Virus record (IMG/VR): IMGVR_UViG_3300006153_000386
Coordinates: 32,438-96,437 of that record
Origin: a virus
Taxonomy: Duplodnaviria; Caudoviricetes
DNA length: 64,000 nt
Reading direction: 5' to 3' (one strand)
Shown one piece after another: positions 30,416-39,778 of the stretch; positions within the stretch are counted from its first letter, which is position 1; each line of letters starts with the position of its first letter. The notes under the pieces were generated by a model. That model searched no databases. It saw only the letters and a list, made by a program, of their open reading frames with translations, and was not told where the DNA came from. A program made the position numbers and the translations under genes.

Positions 30416-30652
30416 ATGAAAGGCGGTTACAATATGAGTAATAAAGAACGTGTATTACAGTTGATTGATGATATACCAGATCAAAAACTGATTTATGTTG
30501 TTGATATGCTGAATAGCATTAAAAATCTGCTTGTTGAAGAAGTTGATCCAGACGAATGGGACTTGCAAATGATTAATCAGGCACAAGAAGAGAATGACGG
30601 TACAACAATTTCGTTTGAAAAATTGGCTGATGAATTAGGGGTTACATTATGA
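30416..30652 (+). CDS. Antitoxin paired with RelE-like toxin
   Basis: Small acidic ORF overlapping the toxin start; similar to 48499..48717. Confidence 0.7.
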   Translation: MKGGYNMSNKERVLQLIDDIPDQKLIYVVDMLNSIKNLLVEEVDPDEWDLQMINQAQEENDGTTISFEKLADELGVTL

Positions 30653-30903
30653 GCAAATATACAATAACCTTTGAAAAGGCAGCCGAAAAGTTTTTGAAAA
30701 AGCAAACACAAAAATTACAATCAAACATATTAACAGCAATATATAAACTTCCTGATGGTACAGATATTAAACGGTTAAGGGGTTATGATCTTTATAGAAT
30801 GCGTGTTGGAAATGTTAGAATAATTTATTCCATACATGAAGAAGTAAGGATTATAAACATTGAAAATATAGACAACCGTGGAGATGTGTACAAAAGATTA
30901 TAA
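30649..30903 (+). CDS. relE: RelE/ParE family toxin
   Basis: YRMRVGNVRIIY...IDNRGDVYK. Confidence 0.85.
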   Translation: MSKYTITFEKAAEKFLKKQTQKLQSNILTAIYKLPDGTDIKRLRGYDLYRMRVGNVRIIYSIHEEVRIINIENIDNRGDVYKRL

Positions 30904-30917
30904 GGAAGGATGATAAT

Positions 30918-31139
30918 ATGGTGATTAAGACAAATCAGGAACTTGCACTGGCGATCGAAAAAATCATTGATGATAATGGTATTAAAAAAATATGGTTGTC
31001 TGAAAAGATGGGAATTTCAAATCAAAATTTCAATCGTTTAATGAGTAAAAAAAATTTTTCGCTTGACGATGCTAACAGAATTTTAAATATTATCGGTTAC
31101 GATGCGAAAATAATAATCGAAAATAATTTGAAAAAATAA
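30918..31139 (+). CDS. XRE/Cro HTH regulator (paralog 2)
   Basis: KKNFSLDDANRILNIIGY. Confidence 0.8.
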   Translation: MVIKTNQELALAIEKIIDDNGIKKIWLSEKMGISNQNFNRLMSKKNFSLDDANRILNIIGYDAKIIIENNLKK

Positions 31140-31150
31140 ACAAAAAACGA

Positions 31151-31180
31151 TTGACAGACTTCCCGATACATGATATACTT
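31151..31180 (+). promoter_or_regulatory. Sigma-A-type promoter
   Basis: TTGACA-17 nt-TATACT with extended -10 TG. Confidence 0.75.
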
Positions 31181-31460
31181 AATACAAGTTAAGGGAAGTA
31201 AGAGAAAACAAAAAGAGAGATTGAGCACCGTCCAAAGTTTTCAATCTCTCTAACCACAAGATAAGTTTTCACTTACCATTGATACATTCTATTATATCCA
31301 TTTCTTTAGAAAAGTCAATGAAATTTCCCAAAACGAAAAGGAATAGTGTACCTTGAAAAGTGAATATTGAAGTGTTAGAAAACTGATAGACTTTACTGCC
31401 TAGTTATGGTATACTAAGGTTGATACAATAGTATGATTCCTAATTGGGAGGTGAAGGCAT

Positions 31461-31637
31461 ATGCCAAACAATGAAAAAGAATATAATGGTTATCTTTTTG
31501 ATCAGTTATCAGCAGTTGAACGAATTGAGAAACAAGTTCTAACTGGCGATATGGAAAAAGTAAAAGAAGAAATTGAAACGCTGAAAAGGGAAATTAACCG
31601 TAAACTGTATCAAAGACCACCATTAACTGAAAATTAA
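31461..31637 (+). CDS. Hypothetical protein (58 aa, not in ORF track)
   Basis: RBS GGGAGGTG; MPNNEKEYNGYLFDQL...; followed by terminator GGGTGC...GCACCC-TTTT. Confidence 0.65.
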   Translation: MPNNEKEYNGYLFDQLSAVERIEKQVLTGDMEKVKEEIETLKREINRKLYQRPPLTEN

Positions 31638-31704
31638 ATAGTAATAAATAAAATGGGTGCAGAGTCTATCAGTTAAGCACCCTTTTATGATGTAGGGGGA
31701 AAAG

Positions 31705-31911
31705 ATGACAAATAAAGATTTAGCCAATCTTGTTGATGATACTATAAAAAACACTGGTGTAACTAAAATGCATATTGCAAATAAATTAGGTATAAGTAGA
31801 CAGGCATTTGATAAGTTACTTGACAAAAAACAATTTTCTGTTGACGATGCAAACAAAATTTTAAATATTATTGGATATAATATAGAAAATGTAGTAATAA
31901 AAAAAATATGA
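31705..31911 (+). CDS. XRE/Cro HTH regulator (paralog 3)
   Basis: IANKLGISRQAF...KKQFSVDDANKILNIIGY. Confidence 0.8.
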   Translation: MTNKDLANLVDDTIKNTGVTKMHIANKLGISRQAFDKLLDKKQFSVDDANKILNIIGYNIENVVIKKI

Positions 31912-31930
31912 TAAAATTAATAAAAAATGG

Positions 31931-31964
31931 TTGACAGATTTAAAAATCTATGATATAGTATAAT
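31931..31964 (+). promoter_or_regulatory. Sigma-A-type promoter with palindromic spacer (AGATTT/AAATCT)
   Basis: TTGACA-17 nt-TATAGT with TG extension. Confidence 0.7.
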
Positions 31965-32824
31965 CACAGTAAGGAAATACGAAACGGCAGCCTGCCGCTA
32001 CCAACGAAAAAGCTACCGTTTCACCCAACCACTTAAAAGTGATTGTGTTAATATTCTAACATTTCAATATTCACTTTTCAAGTGTTTTCACACAAATTTC
32101 CTTAAAGTTGCAAAAAGCGTTTTATAAGTGGCGTGCTTATAAAATAACAGCCAAGACAATGATTGAGATTGTAAACGAGGTCAAAGAAACCATAATTGAT
32201 AATATAAATTATCCTTCAAAAGGAAAACGTGCGAGGTAACAGCGTAAAAATGTTTCTTATGTAATCTGAACATACTGGCTGCATCCAGGATTATATGGAG
32301 CGAAAGCGGAAGTTAAATAACAAAAGAACCATATATAGACGCAGTAAGGAAAGCCATCCTTAAACCAGAACAAATACATATGCAGCAAAGCTATGTCATA
32401 GATTCTTTTCTGATTCTTCCTTTTAAGGGTTTTACGAAAAGGATCATATTACAGACAAGTGTTAAGGCGCTGTCTGGTGAGGTTTTTATGGGTTTTGGTA
32501 ATCAAAAATCCAAACAGCCCGGAACGGTATCCGAGGAATGTGCGAGAGACTGTAATGGAGTTATGTTGTGATCAATTTGTTGTGAAAACATTGCGACAAG
32601 AAGTAATGATACAGACAGTTGATAAGACCTTTAAAAGCATATCTTATGTGAGTGGAATAAGAAGGAGATAGGACTGAAGCGTATCTGTATAATGGCAGAG
32701 TTGCAGACATGACGATGTTGCAGTAAACCGTGAAAAGAAAATGTATAGTAATAAAAAATAAATTATGTTACAATATAGACATTATATAATTTTCATGTAC
32801 AAAAATAGGAGGAGGTGAATTAGT

Positions 32825-33013
32825 ATGCCAAGTTTAGATATAGCAAGAGATGCAATTGTAGAGTTTTCCCGCATTCAGAATTGGATGTTGTCAGCAAAAA
32901 AGAATGGAGATGAGGAAACATACAATATGATGTTAGATCGTTACATTGAATTAAAAGCGATTCTTTTAACGGCTTGTGTAAACATTACAGAACTTGATAA
33001 ATTAAATAAGTGA
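32825..33013 (+). CDS. Hypothetical protein with own promoter and terminator
   Basis: RBS GGAGGAGGTG; hairpin AAGAGGATGC...GTGTCCTCTT plus T-run. Confidence 0.65.
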   Translation: MPSLDIARDAIVEFSRIQNWMLSAKKNGDEETYNMMLDRYIELKAILLTACVNITELDKLNK

Positions 33014-33128
33014 TCTATAAGAGGATGCTAAAATGGTGTCCTCTTTTTATTTTAGAAAGAGAACAGATCAAGGCTTGCATCCGTCAAAAGTTGCAAGCTC
33101 ATTTCAATAAAATGTAGAAAGTGAGGAT

Positions 33129-33350
33129 ATGAGAATGGATAGAATTACTATATCAAGATATAAAGGTTCTAATATGGACAAAGAAATGATTCAAATTTGT
33201 ATTCAGCCTGGATGTTTTAAAGGATTGGGGCCGATGCCGATTTATGAAGGTATTATGGAACTGCAAGAATTTGCAAAATGTATCACTAATTTAAGTCAGT
33301 GTGAAATTAAAACACAAAAAATAAGAGAAATACCAATAGAAAGCCAATGA
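33129..33350 (+). CDS. Hypothetical protein
   Basis: ORF; stop codon lies inside a palindromic junction site. Confidence 0.55.
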   Translation: MRMDRITISRYKGSNMDKEMIQICIQPGCFKGLGPMPIYEGIMELQEFAKCITNLSQCEIKTQKIREIPIESQ

Positions 33351-33380
33351 AATAATGATTTTAAGTGGAGGAAAAATGTT

Positions 33381-33731
33381 ATGACACTTATTGAATTGAA
33401 TGAAACTATTTTTGCTTTGGAAAAACAAATTGAAATGCTTAATGTTCAGATGATTGGAATTTGTGATAATAGGGACATGAAAATATCTGTAATGCCTAAA
33501 GAATATTATGGATTATTAAAAGAAAGACAGTGTATAGAAGCTGAATTAAGACCACTTTGGAACGAACAAAGCAGATTGAGACGTGAAATGCAAAAAAATA
33601 GTACACGTACACAAAAGAAAACATTTGTAAATTCCTATGGAGAAGCCACAAAAAGAGAAATTACAAATGTAACATACCAGAGAGCACAAAAAAGAATGGA
33701 AAAATCATTATTGGTATTTGTTGGAAAGTGA
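33381..33731 (+). CDS. Hypothetical protein
   Basis: RBS GGAGG; flanked by junction sites. Confidence 0.65.
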   Translation: MTLIELNETIFALEKQIEMLNVQMIGICDNRDMKISVMPKEYYGLLKERQCIEAELRPLWNEQSRLRREMQKNSTRTQKKTFVNSYGEATKREITNVTYQRAQKRMEKSLLVFVGK

Positions 33732-33784
33732 ATTAAACGGCAATGAAATCGGAATTTCATCCAGAGAAGGAGGCAATATAATAT

Positions 33785-34048
33785 ATGACAATAGATAGAG
33801 AACATAGATGTATTTATGAATGTAATATAGGAATTAAGTGTGAATGCAATGATTGTAGTATTTGTCAATATAATCCAAAAAAAACAACACTTAAACAGTA
33901 TTATGCATCAGGAATGACGTTAATTGAAGGCAGATGGCAAAGTTGTGGTTGGACAATCGAAGCTAATTCATTTGTTGAGGCTGCTAAAATTGCGGAAGCA
34001 GATGAAAAATTTAGAATACATTCGTTAAGCGATAATGTAATGTATTAG
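33785..34048 (+). CDS. Hypothetical Cys-rich protein
   Basis: RBS AAGGAGG; flanked by junction sites. Confidence 0.6.
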   Translation: MTIDREHRCIYECNIGIKCECNDCSICQYNPKKTTLKQYYASGMTLIEGRWQSCGWTIEANSFVEAAKIAEADEKFRIHSLSDNVMY

Positions 34049-34078
34049 TATTTGAAACTCGTATTTTAACTTGGTAGA

Positions 34079-34381
34079 TTGGAGGAAATGGTTATGAAGA
34101 TTACAGAAGATATGGTAACAGTTTTTAATCAAACTTTGGAAAATTTGAATTGCAGTTTCAGATTAAAGTTTGAAAGTGGAATGTGTGGGAATGGACAGTG
34201 TAAAGTTGTTCCATCCAATGATATGTTTATTCATAGTTCAATCATTAATCTTACAGAAGAATTTTACAAAGTTTTGGAAGACTTCTTTAGCAAAAGAGAT
34301 ATAGAGTTGTCTTATAATAATGACGGTTCAATATTTTGGAGCAAAGATGGTTGGAAAGATATTGTGGAAAAAATGCAATGA
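34079..34381 (+). CDS. Hypothetical protein
   Basis: RBS GGAGG; flanked by junction sites. Confidence 0.6.
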   Translation: MEEMVMKITEDMVTVFNQTLENLNCSFRLKFESGMCGNGQCKVVPSNDMFIHSSIINLTEEFYKVLEDFFSKRDIELSYNNDGSIFWSKDGWKDIVEKMQ

Positions 34382-34415
34382 ATTTCGCATTTCAAGGAAG
34401 AAATGAGGTGAAGAT

Positions 34416-34730
34416 ATGGCAAAAATAGATGTTATCAATAATAAAATGGCAATGTTTATGGTGTGTGAAGCAATAGGACAAGATAGGGATGTAATAGATA
34501 TCCAAGCAGATGAAAATGGATTATATGATGTGAAAATTCTGTTCAATGATCAAGAGTTAAATGTAGAAAGATTCATTGAAAATTTACAGAGAAATTATCA
34601 AGAAGCAGTTAAAAAGCAAGCTGCTGATTTGCTGAGTGTAGAGTATGATAAGATGCTTGGCAAAATTTATGAGATACAAGAGGCGTTAGAACATCATAAT
34701 AAGATTTTTGAAGAAAAAGTTTATGGTTAG
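34416..34730 (+). CDS. Hypothetical protein
   Basis: RBS GAGGTG. Confidence 0.6.
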   Translation: MAKIDVINNKMAMFMVCEAIGQDRDVIDIQADENGLYDVKILFNDQELNVERFIENLQRNYQEAVKKQAADLLSVEYDKMLGKIYEIQEALEHHNKIFEEKVYG

Positions 34731-34747
34731 TAGAGGGTGGTGAAAAA

Positions 34748-35479
34748 TTGAACAATATAAATTCAAGAGTGGGAGAAATTGAAAATAATCGTTTTGGAAC
34801 TGAAATGAAAATTGTTAAGTATGATGGTTATAATGATGTAATTGTTGAATTTCAGGATGAGCATCATTATAGATTACATACAACATATACCAATTTCAAA
34901 CGCCACCAAGCATTAAATCCGTATGACAGATCAGTATTTGGAGTAGGATATTTAGGAGAAGGCAACCATAGTACAGGTACTTCAAAGAAAAGAACACAAG
35001 AGCATAGAGTATGGAGAGGTATGTTGGAACGCTGCTATTCTGAAAAATATAAAGAAGATAATAAATCCTACTATGGCATTGCTACAGTATGCGATGAATG
35101 GAAGTGTTTTCAGAAATTTGCAGAATGGTATAACAACAATAAATATGAAGTAGATGGAAGACTGCATTTGGATAAGGATATATTATATCCAGAAAACAAA
35201 ATATATTCTCCGCAAACGTGTTTGCTGGTTCCACAGAGAATAAATATGTTATTCATGACAAGACCTAATAAAAGTGGATTACCTAATGGTGTTAGGAAAG
35301 AAAGTAAAGGAACATTTTCGGCAGTCTATAATGGAAAAAATCTTGGTAAGTTTGATTCTATAAAAGATGCTGAAACGGCACATTATAAAGCCAAATTGGA
35401 AGCTATAAAACAAGTTGCGGAAGAGTACAAAGAAATTATACCTCAAAAAGTATATGATGCTTTGATAAATTGGTCTTAA
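34748..35479 (+). CDS. AP2/HNH-type homing-endonuclease-like protein
   Basis: WRGMLERCY...VCDEW...RLHLDKDI...YSPQTC; paralog of 15555..16316. Confidence 0.7.
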   Translation: MNNINSRVGEIENNRFGTEMKIVKYDGYNDVIVEFQDEHHYRLHTTYTNFKRHQALNPYDRSVFGVGYLGEGNHSTGTSKKRTQEHRVWRGMLERCYSEKYKEDNKSYYGIATVCDEWKCFQKFAEWYNNNKYEVDGRLHLDKDILYPENKIYSPQTCLLVPQRINMLFMTRPNKSGLPNGVRKESKGTFSAVYNGKNLGKFDSIKDAETAHYKAKLEAIKQVAEEYKEIIPQKVYDALINWS

Positions 35480-35580
35480 AATGTACCTTTCCAGTCCTTT
35501 TAATTGGACACAAACAATAGTATAATGGAAACATAAAAAACAGAGTTAAAGTCCTACACAGTAGGCAGAAAGGAAAATAT

Positions 35581-35784
35581 ATGGAAACTTTAATTGGATT
35601 GGCTGTTATCTTTTGTGTATGCTTTTTACCTGGAATCATTACGAATGTTAAATTTGACAATCGGATGCCACCAGCAGGATATAAAACAGATTACGGTGCA
35701 ATGAGCCATGATTTAGCAATGGGAAAATCTAAGAATGAAGTGATGAGTAAAGCTAATCGAGGCGGTTATGATATTAAAAAGTGA
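35581..35784 (+). CDS. Small membrane protein with own promoter and terminator
   Basis: N-terminal TM helix; TATAAT at 35521; hairpin AGCCACTGG...CTGGTGGCT plus T-run. Confidence 0.6.
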   Translation: METLIGLAVIFCVCFLPGIITNVKFDNRMPPAGYKTDYGAMSHDLAMGKSKNEVMSKANRGGYDIKK

Positions 35785-35850
35785 ATATAGGGATGAGTAA
35801 AGCCACTGGAAAATAATCTGGTGGCTTTTATGATGAAGAAATGATATAAT

Positions 35851-36072
35851 ATGGAGGACATAAGTATGAGTGATGATTTTAAAGTGATTTCTGAATTTTG
35901 TTGTCACGGGAAACAGATGGTGGCTGTCAGAATTGGAAATGCTGCACATGTGATGAGTTTAGAGGAATGGCATAAGGTTTATGGTAGGAACCATCAGGAG
36001 AAGTGGAAAACCAAGGTTGATTGGAATAGATTTAGTCCGCAAATTGAATATAATAAGAAAGATGTATCTTAA
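35851..36072 (+). CDS. Hypothetical protein
   Basis: RBS GGAGG. Confidence 0.55.
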   Translation: MEDISMSDDFKVISEFCCHGKQMVAVRIGNAAHVMSLEEWHKVYGRNHQEKWKTKVDWNRFSPQIEYNKKDVS

Positions 36073-36086
36073 AATGGGAGGATTTT

Positions 36087-36716
36087 ATGCTTACAAGGCA
36101 GCAAAATATTTTTTTGGCAAAAAAAACATTTACAGAACTTGTATTTAATACCGCATATATAGAAGGGTGTAATGTGACTTTTCCACAAACACAGACTATT
36201 ATTGATGGGGCTGTGGTAAGTGGCATATCTGTGGATGATATACAAACAGTTTTAAACTTGCGTGATGGATGGAAATTTGTCATAAATTCAGTGGATACGA
36301 CTTTAACGTTGGAATATATTTGTAAGATAAACGAGTATGTATCAAGAAATGAAAGTCTTGAATGGGGAGTGTTAAGAAAAGGAACTGTAGGAGTTGGTGA
36401 TTTTGTACCGAGTATTCCGATTAAAGAGAATGTTCTAAAAGAAATTGAACGGATAAAGGGGATAAATAATCCTATTGATAAAGCGTTAGAATATTTTGCA
36501 TATGCTTGTAAGCAACAGTTATTTTGGGATGGAAACAAGAGAACTTCTACAATGGTAGCCAGTAAAATATTAATAGAAAATGGCGAGGGCATCTTGACAA
36601 TTGGAAAAGATAATGCAGAAGAATTTAATGTAACCCTAAATAATTGGTATTTAAAAAATGAATTGCAACCATTAAAGGATTGTTTAAGAAAATGTATTAG
36701 AACGTTGGAGATATAG
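36087..36716 (+). CDS. Fic/Doc family protein with non-canonical motif
   Basis: QLFWDGNKRTS in place of HPFxDGNGRxxR. Confidence 0.8.
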   Translation: MLTRQQNIFLAKKTFTELVFNTAYIEGCNVTFPQTQTIIDGAVVSGISVDDIQTVLNLRDGWKFVINSVDTTLTLEYICKINEYVSRNESLEWGVLRKGTVGVGDFVPSIPIKENVLKEIERIKGINNPIDKALEYFAYACKQQLFWDGNKRTSTMVASKILIENGEGILTIGKDNAEEFNVTLNNWYLKNELQPLKDCLRKCIRTLEI

Positions 36717-36755
36717 TTAAAAGGATTATTTCATGGTGTGATTGGAGGATGAGAT

Positions 36756-37043
36756 ATGGAATGGAAGAATTTAAGTGATAAAGCAAAAGGAATTTTGGAA
36801 TGGGTAGAAAATCCATATACAAAAAATCGAGAGACAATAGAAATTAAAATTGGAGAAGTTTTTTATAGAAAATGTCCTAAACTTTGTGGAGATTTTGGAG
36901 AGCCATTGGATGATGTAAATATTTTAGTGACTAAGAAATTATATCAAGAGATATTGTGTTATGTAACAAAATCAGAAGATATGCTATATGAACAATTAGC
37001 GGATGGTATAGTTTTTAGATTGAAAGATGGAGTGGAAATTTAA
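36756..37043 (+). CDS. Hypothetical protein
   Basis: RBS GGAGG; flanked by junction sites. Confidence 0.6.
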   Translation: MEWKNLSDKAKGILEWVENPYTKNRETIEIKIGEVFYRKCPKLCGDFGEPLDDVNILVTKKLYQEILCYVTKSEDMLYEQLADGIVFRLKDGVEI

Positions 37044-37077
37044 GTCTTGAAATGATTGTTTTATTGGGAGGTAGTTT

Positions 37078-37254
37078 ATGAGGGAACAAGAAGTAAAGGA
37101 AATTATTTCAGTAGAAATATTAAAAAGAATGCAAGATCAGTCTGCAGCACACGCTTTGAGAGAGATTTTATTCAGCAAGGATAATAAGATTAATTGGGAG
37201 AAGGCAAGATTTAGTATTATTGAAAATATGCCAGAGCTAAAAATGTTTGAATAA
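37078..37254 (+). CDS. Hypothetical protein (58 aa, not in ORF track)
   Basis: RBS GGGAGG right after junction site 37048. Confidence 0.55.
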   Translation: MREQEVKEIISVEILKRMQDQSAAHALREILFSKDNKINWEKARFSIIENMPELKMFE

Positions 37255-37390
37255 TTTGTGTGTATTTATAGGGCATTAATGGTATAAATTAGTGCCTTTC
37301 ATAATATGCACAAGTAGCAACTAGAAATAGTCGCATATTTCTTCTATAAATGGTATACTATAATAAAGATAATAGAAGGAGAAACACAAA

Positions 37391-37642
37391 ATGCCTGAAA
37401 TAAGTAGATTTTATGGAATAGTTATTAAGATGTTCTTTAAACCTAAAGAGCATGAACCAAGTCATATACATGCTTTGTATGGTGAGCATATAGGAATTTT
37501 TGATTTGCGAACTATGGAAATGACAGAAGGCGATCTTCCAAAGAAAGCACAGGAACTTGTAAAAGAATGGATGAAAAGCAATCAGAAAGAACTACTTGAA
37601 ATGTGGGATAGTCAAAATTTGAGAAAGTTACCACCTTTATAA
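37391..37642 (+). CDS. DUF4160 protein (putative TA component)
   Basis: MPEISRFYGIVIKMF...HEPSHIHALY. Confidence 0.85.
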   Translation: MPEISRFYGIVIKMFFKPKEHEPSHIHALYGEHIGIFDLRTMEMTEGDLPKKAQELVKEWMKSNQKELLEMWDSQNLRKLPPL

Positions 37643-37656
37643 ATATATTTTTATGT

Positions 37657-37923
37657 ATGTTGGGAGGTATTTATATGATACCACGTATAAAGAGTATTAA
37701 ACCTTTAAAAGGATATTTGTTGCATGTGATTTTTGATGATGGGAAAGATTGTATTTATGATGTCAATGATGATATAAATGCTATAAAAGAATATGAGGAC
37801 TTAAAAAATGTTTATGGATTATTTGAACAAGTGCAATTAGATGAAAGTCGTACATGTGTTTTTTGGAATGATTATATTGATTTGGCAAGTGATACAATAT
37901 ATGAATATGGAATGGAGAAATAA
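37657..37923 (+). CDS. DUF2442 protein (partner of DUF4160)
   Basis: IKSIKPL.GY.L.V.FDDG...W...IDLA.D. Confidence 0.8.
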   Translation: MLGGIYMIPRIKSIKPLKGYLLHVIFDDGKDCIYDVNDDINAIKEYEDLKNVYGLFEQVQLDESRTCVFWNDYIDLASDTIYEYGMEK

Positions 37924-37925
37924 AT

Positions 37926-38261
37926 TTGAGTGATTTATTATCATATAAAAATTACAACGGTACAGTAGAATATTCAAAAGAGGATAGCTGCCTTTTTGGA
38001 AAGGTGGTTGGAATAAAATCTTTATTGTCTTATGAAGGTGGTTCTGTACAGGAGTTAGAGCAGGATTTTCAGAATGTGATTGACGAATATTTGGCTGATT
38101 GTAAAGAGCGGAGTGTGGAGCCTGAACAACCATACAAGGGTACATTCAATGTTAGGATCAGTCCAGAGCTTCATCGAAACATCGCTGTATATGCTATTGA
38201 GCATGGAAAAAGTTTGAATGCTGCTGTTGAAGAAGCTATTGGGAATATGGTTAGAGCATAG
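37926..38261 (+). CDS. hicB: HicB family antitoxin (orphan)
   Basis: LSYKNYNGTVEYS...PYKGTFNVRISPELH...SLN. Confidence 0.85.
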   Translation: MSDLLSYKNYNGTVEYSKEDSCLFGKVVGIKSLLSYEGGSVQELEQDFQNVIDEYLADCKERSVEPEQPYKGTFNVRISPELHRNIAVYAIEHGKSLNAAVEEAIGNMVRA

Positions 38262-38475
38262 GGAGGATTTTTGTATGAATGAATATTTATTTGTTAATGG
38301 GACGTTTGAGGTAAATCGTATTTTTGTAATTAAGGCAGAAACAGAGGAACAGGCATATGATATATTGTGTGAAAAGCAAAATATAACTGGAAGTGATAAA
38401 GAAAATGCAAGAAAGTATCATAAGGGCATTTTGATAGAATATACTAATGGATATTTTGAAACAGATGATTTTTAG
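38218..38475 (+). CDS. Hypothetical protein (likely start about 38275)
   Basis: RBS GGGAGG before MNEYLF. Confidence 0.5.
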   Translation: MLLLKKLLGIWLEHREDFCMNEYLFVNGTFEVNRIFVIKAETEEQAYDILCEKQNITGSDKENARKYHKGILIEYTNGYFETDDF

Positions 38476-38885
38476 ACTTGAAATAATAGTTTTATCTAAG
38501 AAATATGCGTTATCTAAAAGAGAGAATCCCATAAACATATTAATAATTGATTGTAATTGCTTTGCTTCTATAATTATGTTAATATTGAATTATAATATTA
38601 GACTTTAGGAGAAATACATATGAAACTAAAGCAATTAATTCAATTAGAATTAAACGTTTTTTGATAATGCTTGAAAAAATCGGGAATATTGTATATAATA
38701 TAGGTATCAATATGAAGGAAGGTCTTGTATATGAGCGATAGAGAAAGAGTGTATCAGCTTTTAGACGTTGTACCTGATTATAAACTTCCTTATGTTATTG
38801 GTTTCATACAAGGATTATTAATAGTAGATATACCAGAAGTAGTAAATTTCTGCATTGATAAAAATAAGTCGGAGGGAGAGCAAAA

Positions 38886-39151
38886 ATGCCAGAAATAAGC
38901 AGATTTTACGGAATTGTAATAAAATGATATTTAAAGACAATGAAAAACATCATAAGCCACATGTTCATGTTTATTATGGTGAATATGAAGCCTCCGTATC
39001 ACTCGATGGTGAAGTATTAGAAGGTAAGTTACCATTAAAGCAGTATAGAATGATATCTGGATGGATGGTATTACATGAAGATGAATTGTATGCAGCTTGG
39101 AATAATGCAGTAAGAGAAAAACCATTTTCTAAAATAGAACCTTTGAAGTAG
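38886..39151 (+). pseudogene. DUF4160 protein, frameshifted
   Basis: ATG 38886 gives MPEISRFYGIVIK then stop; one extra A in ATAAAATG would join it to MIFKDNEKHHKPHVHVYYG. Confidence 0.75.
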
Positions 39152-39164
39152 GGAGGTATTATAC

Positions 39165-39455
39165 ATGTATATTATGAATGGTATTGTATATGGTGGAGAA
39201 CCTGTTACAAGTGTAGAAATTTCCAGTGTAAAAGTATTAGATGATATGATTATGTTAGTATCCTTTTCGACAGGTGAAACACGGTTGTTTGACGCTACGA
39301 TTTTACAAGGAGAAGTATTTGAGCCATTGAAAAGGGAAGAAATATTTAAAAATCCTATTGTAGATCATGGTGTTGTTACTTGGAATGATGGAAATATTGA
39401 TTGCGCGCCAGAATTTATGTATGAAAATAGTTATGAATATTCAATGGTAATATAA
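39165..39455 (+). CDS. DUF2442 protein
   Basis: VKVLDD..MLVSFSTGE...W.DG.IDCAPE. Confidence 0.8.
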   Translation: MYIMNGIVYGGEPVTSVEISSVKVLDDMIMLVSFSTGETRLFDATILQGEVFEPLKREEIFKNPIVDHGVVTWNDGNIDCAPEFMYENSYEYSMVI

Positions 39456-39474
39456 GAATAAGGGGGCGGTAAAG

Positions 39475-39651
39475 ATTACAGTTAGTAAAGCTGCACAAAG
39501 AGCTACGGCAAAATATAAAAAAGAAAATTATGATAATGTTTCTATTATGCTACCAAAAGGGACTAAAGATAAAATAAAGGAAACTGGAGAAAGCGTAAAC
39601 AGCTTCATTAATAAAGCAGTAGCAGAAAAGTTTGAGCGAGATGAAAAATAG
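39475..39651 (+). CDS. RHH/Arc-like regulator, ATT start
   Basis: (M)TVSKAAQRATAKYKKENYDNVSIMLPKGTKDKIK...; no canonical start after in-frame stop at 39448. Confidence 0.7.
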   Translation: MTVSKAAQRATAKYKKENYDNVSIMLPKGTKDKIKETGESVNSFINKAVAEKFERDEK

Positions 39652-39677
39652 ATTCATCTCGTTTTTTCTGGTCGAAA

Positions 39678-39778
39678 ATATATGCAATGCATATACAGTT
39701 TGCACAAAACACATTATATGCATTGCATATATTTTTGTCACTTATTACAGCTTGAATTATATATGCAATACATATATA
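39678..39778. promoter_or_regulatory. Three palindromic operators ATATGCA(A/T)TGCATAT overlapping a promoter
   Basis: Copies near 39680, 39716 and 39760; TTGAAT...TATAAT. Confidence 0.7.

Noticed and set aside
32380-32671. ORFs 32380..32571 and 32459..32671
   Set aside because: No RBS, overlapping frames, inside a hairpin-rich tract better explained as non-coding
36032-36592. Long minus-strand ORFs such as 36032..36592, 48912..49379 and 63048..63488
   Set aside because: Antisense to well-supported Fic and HTH genes
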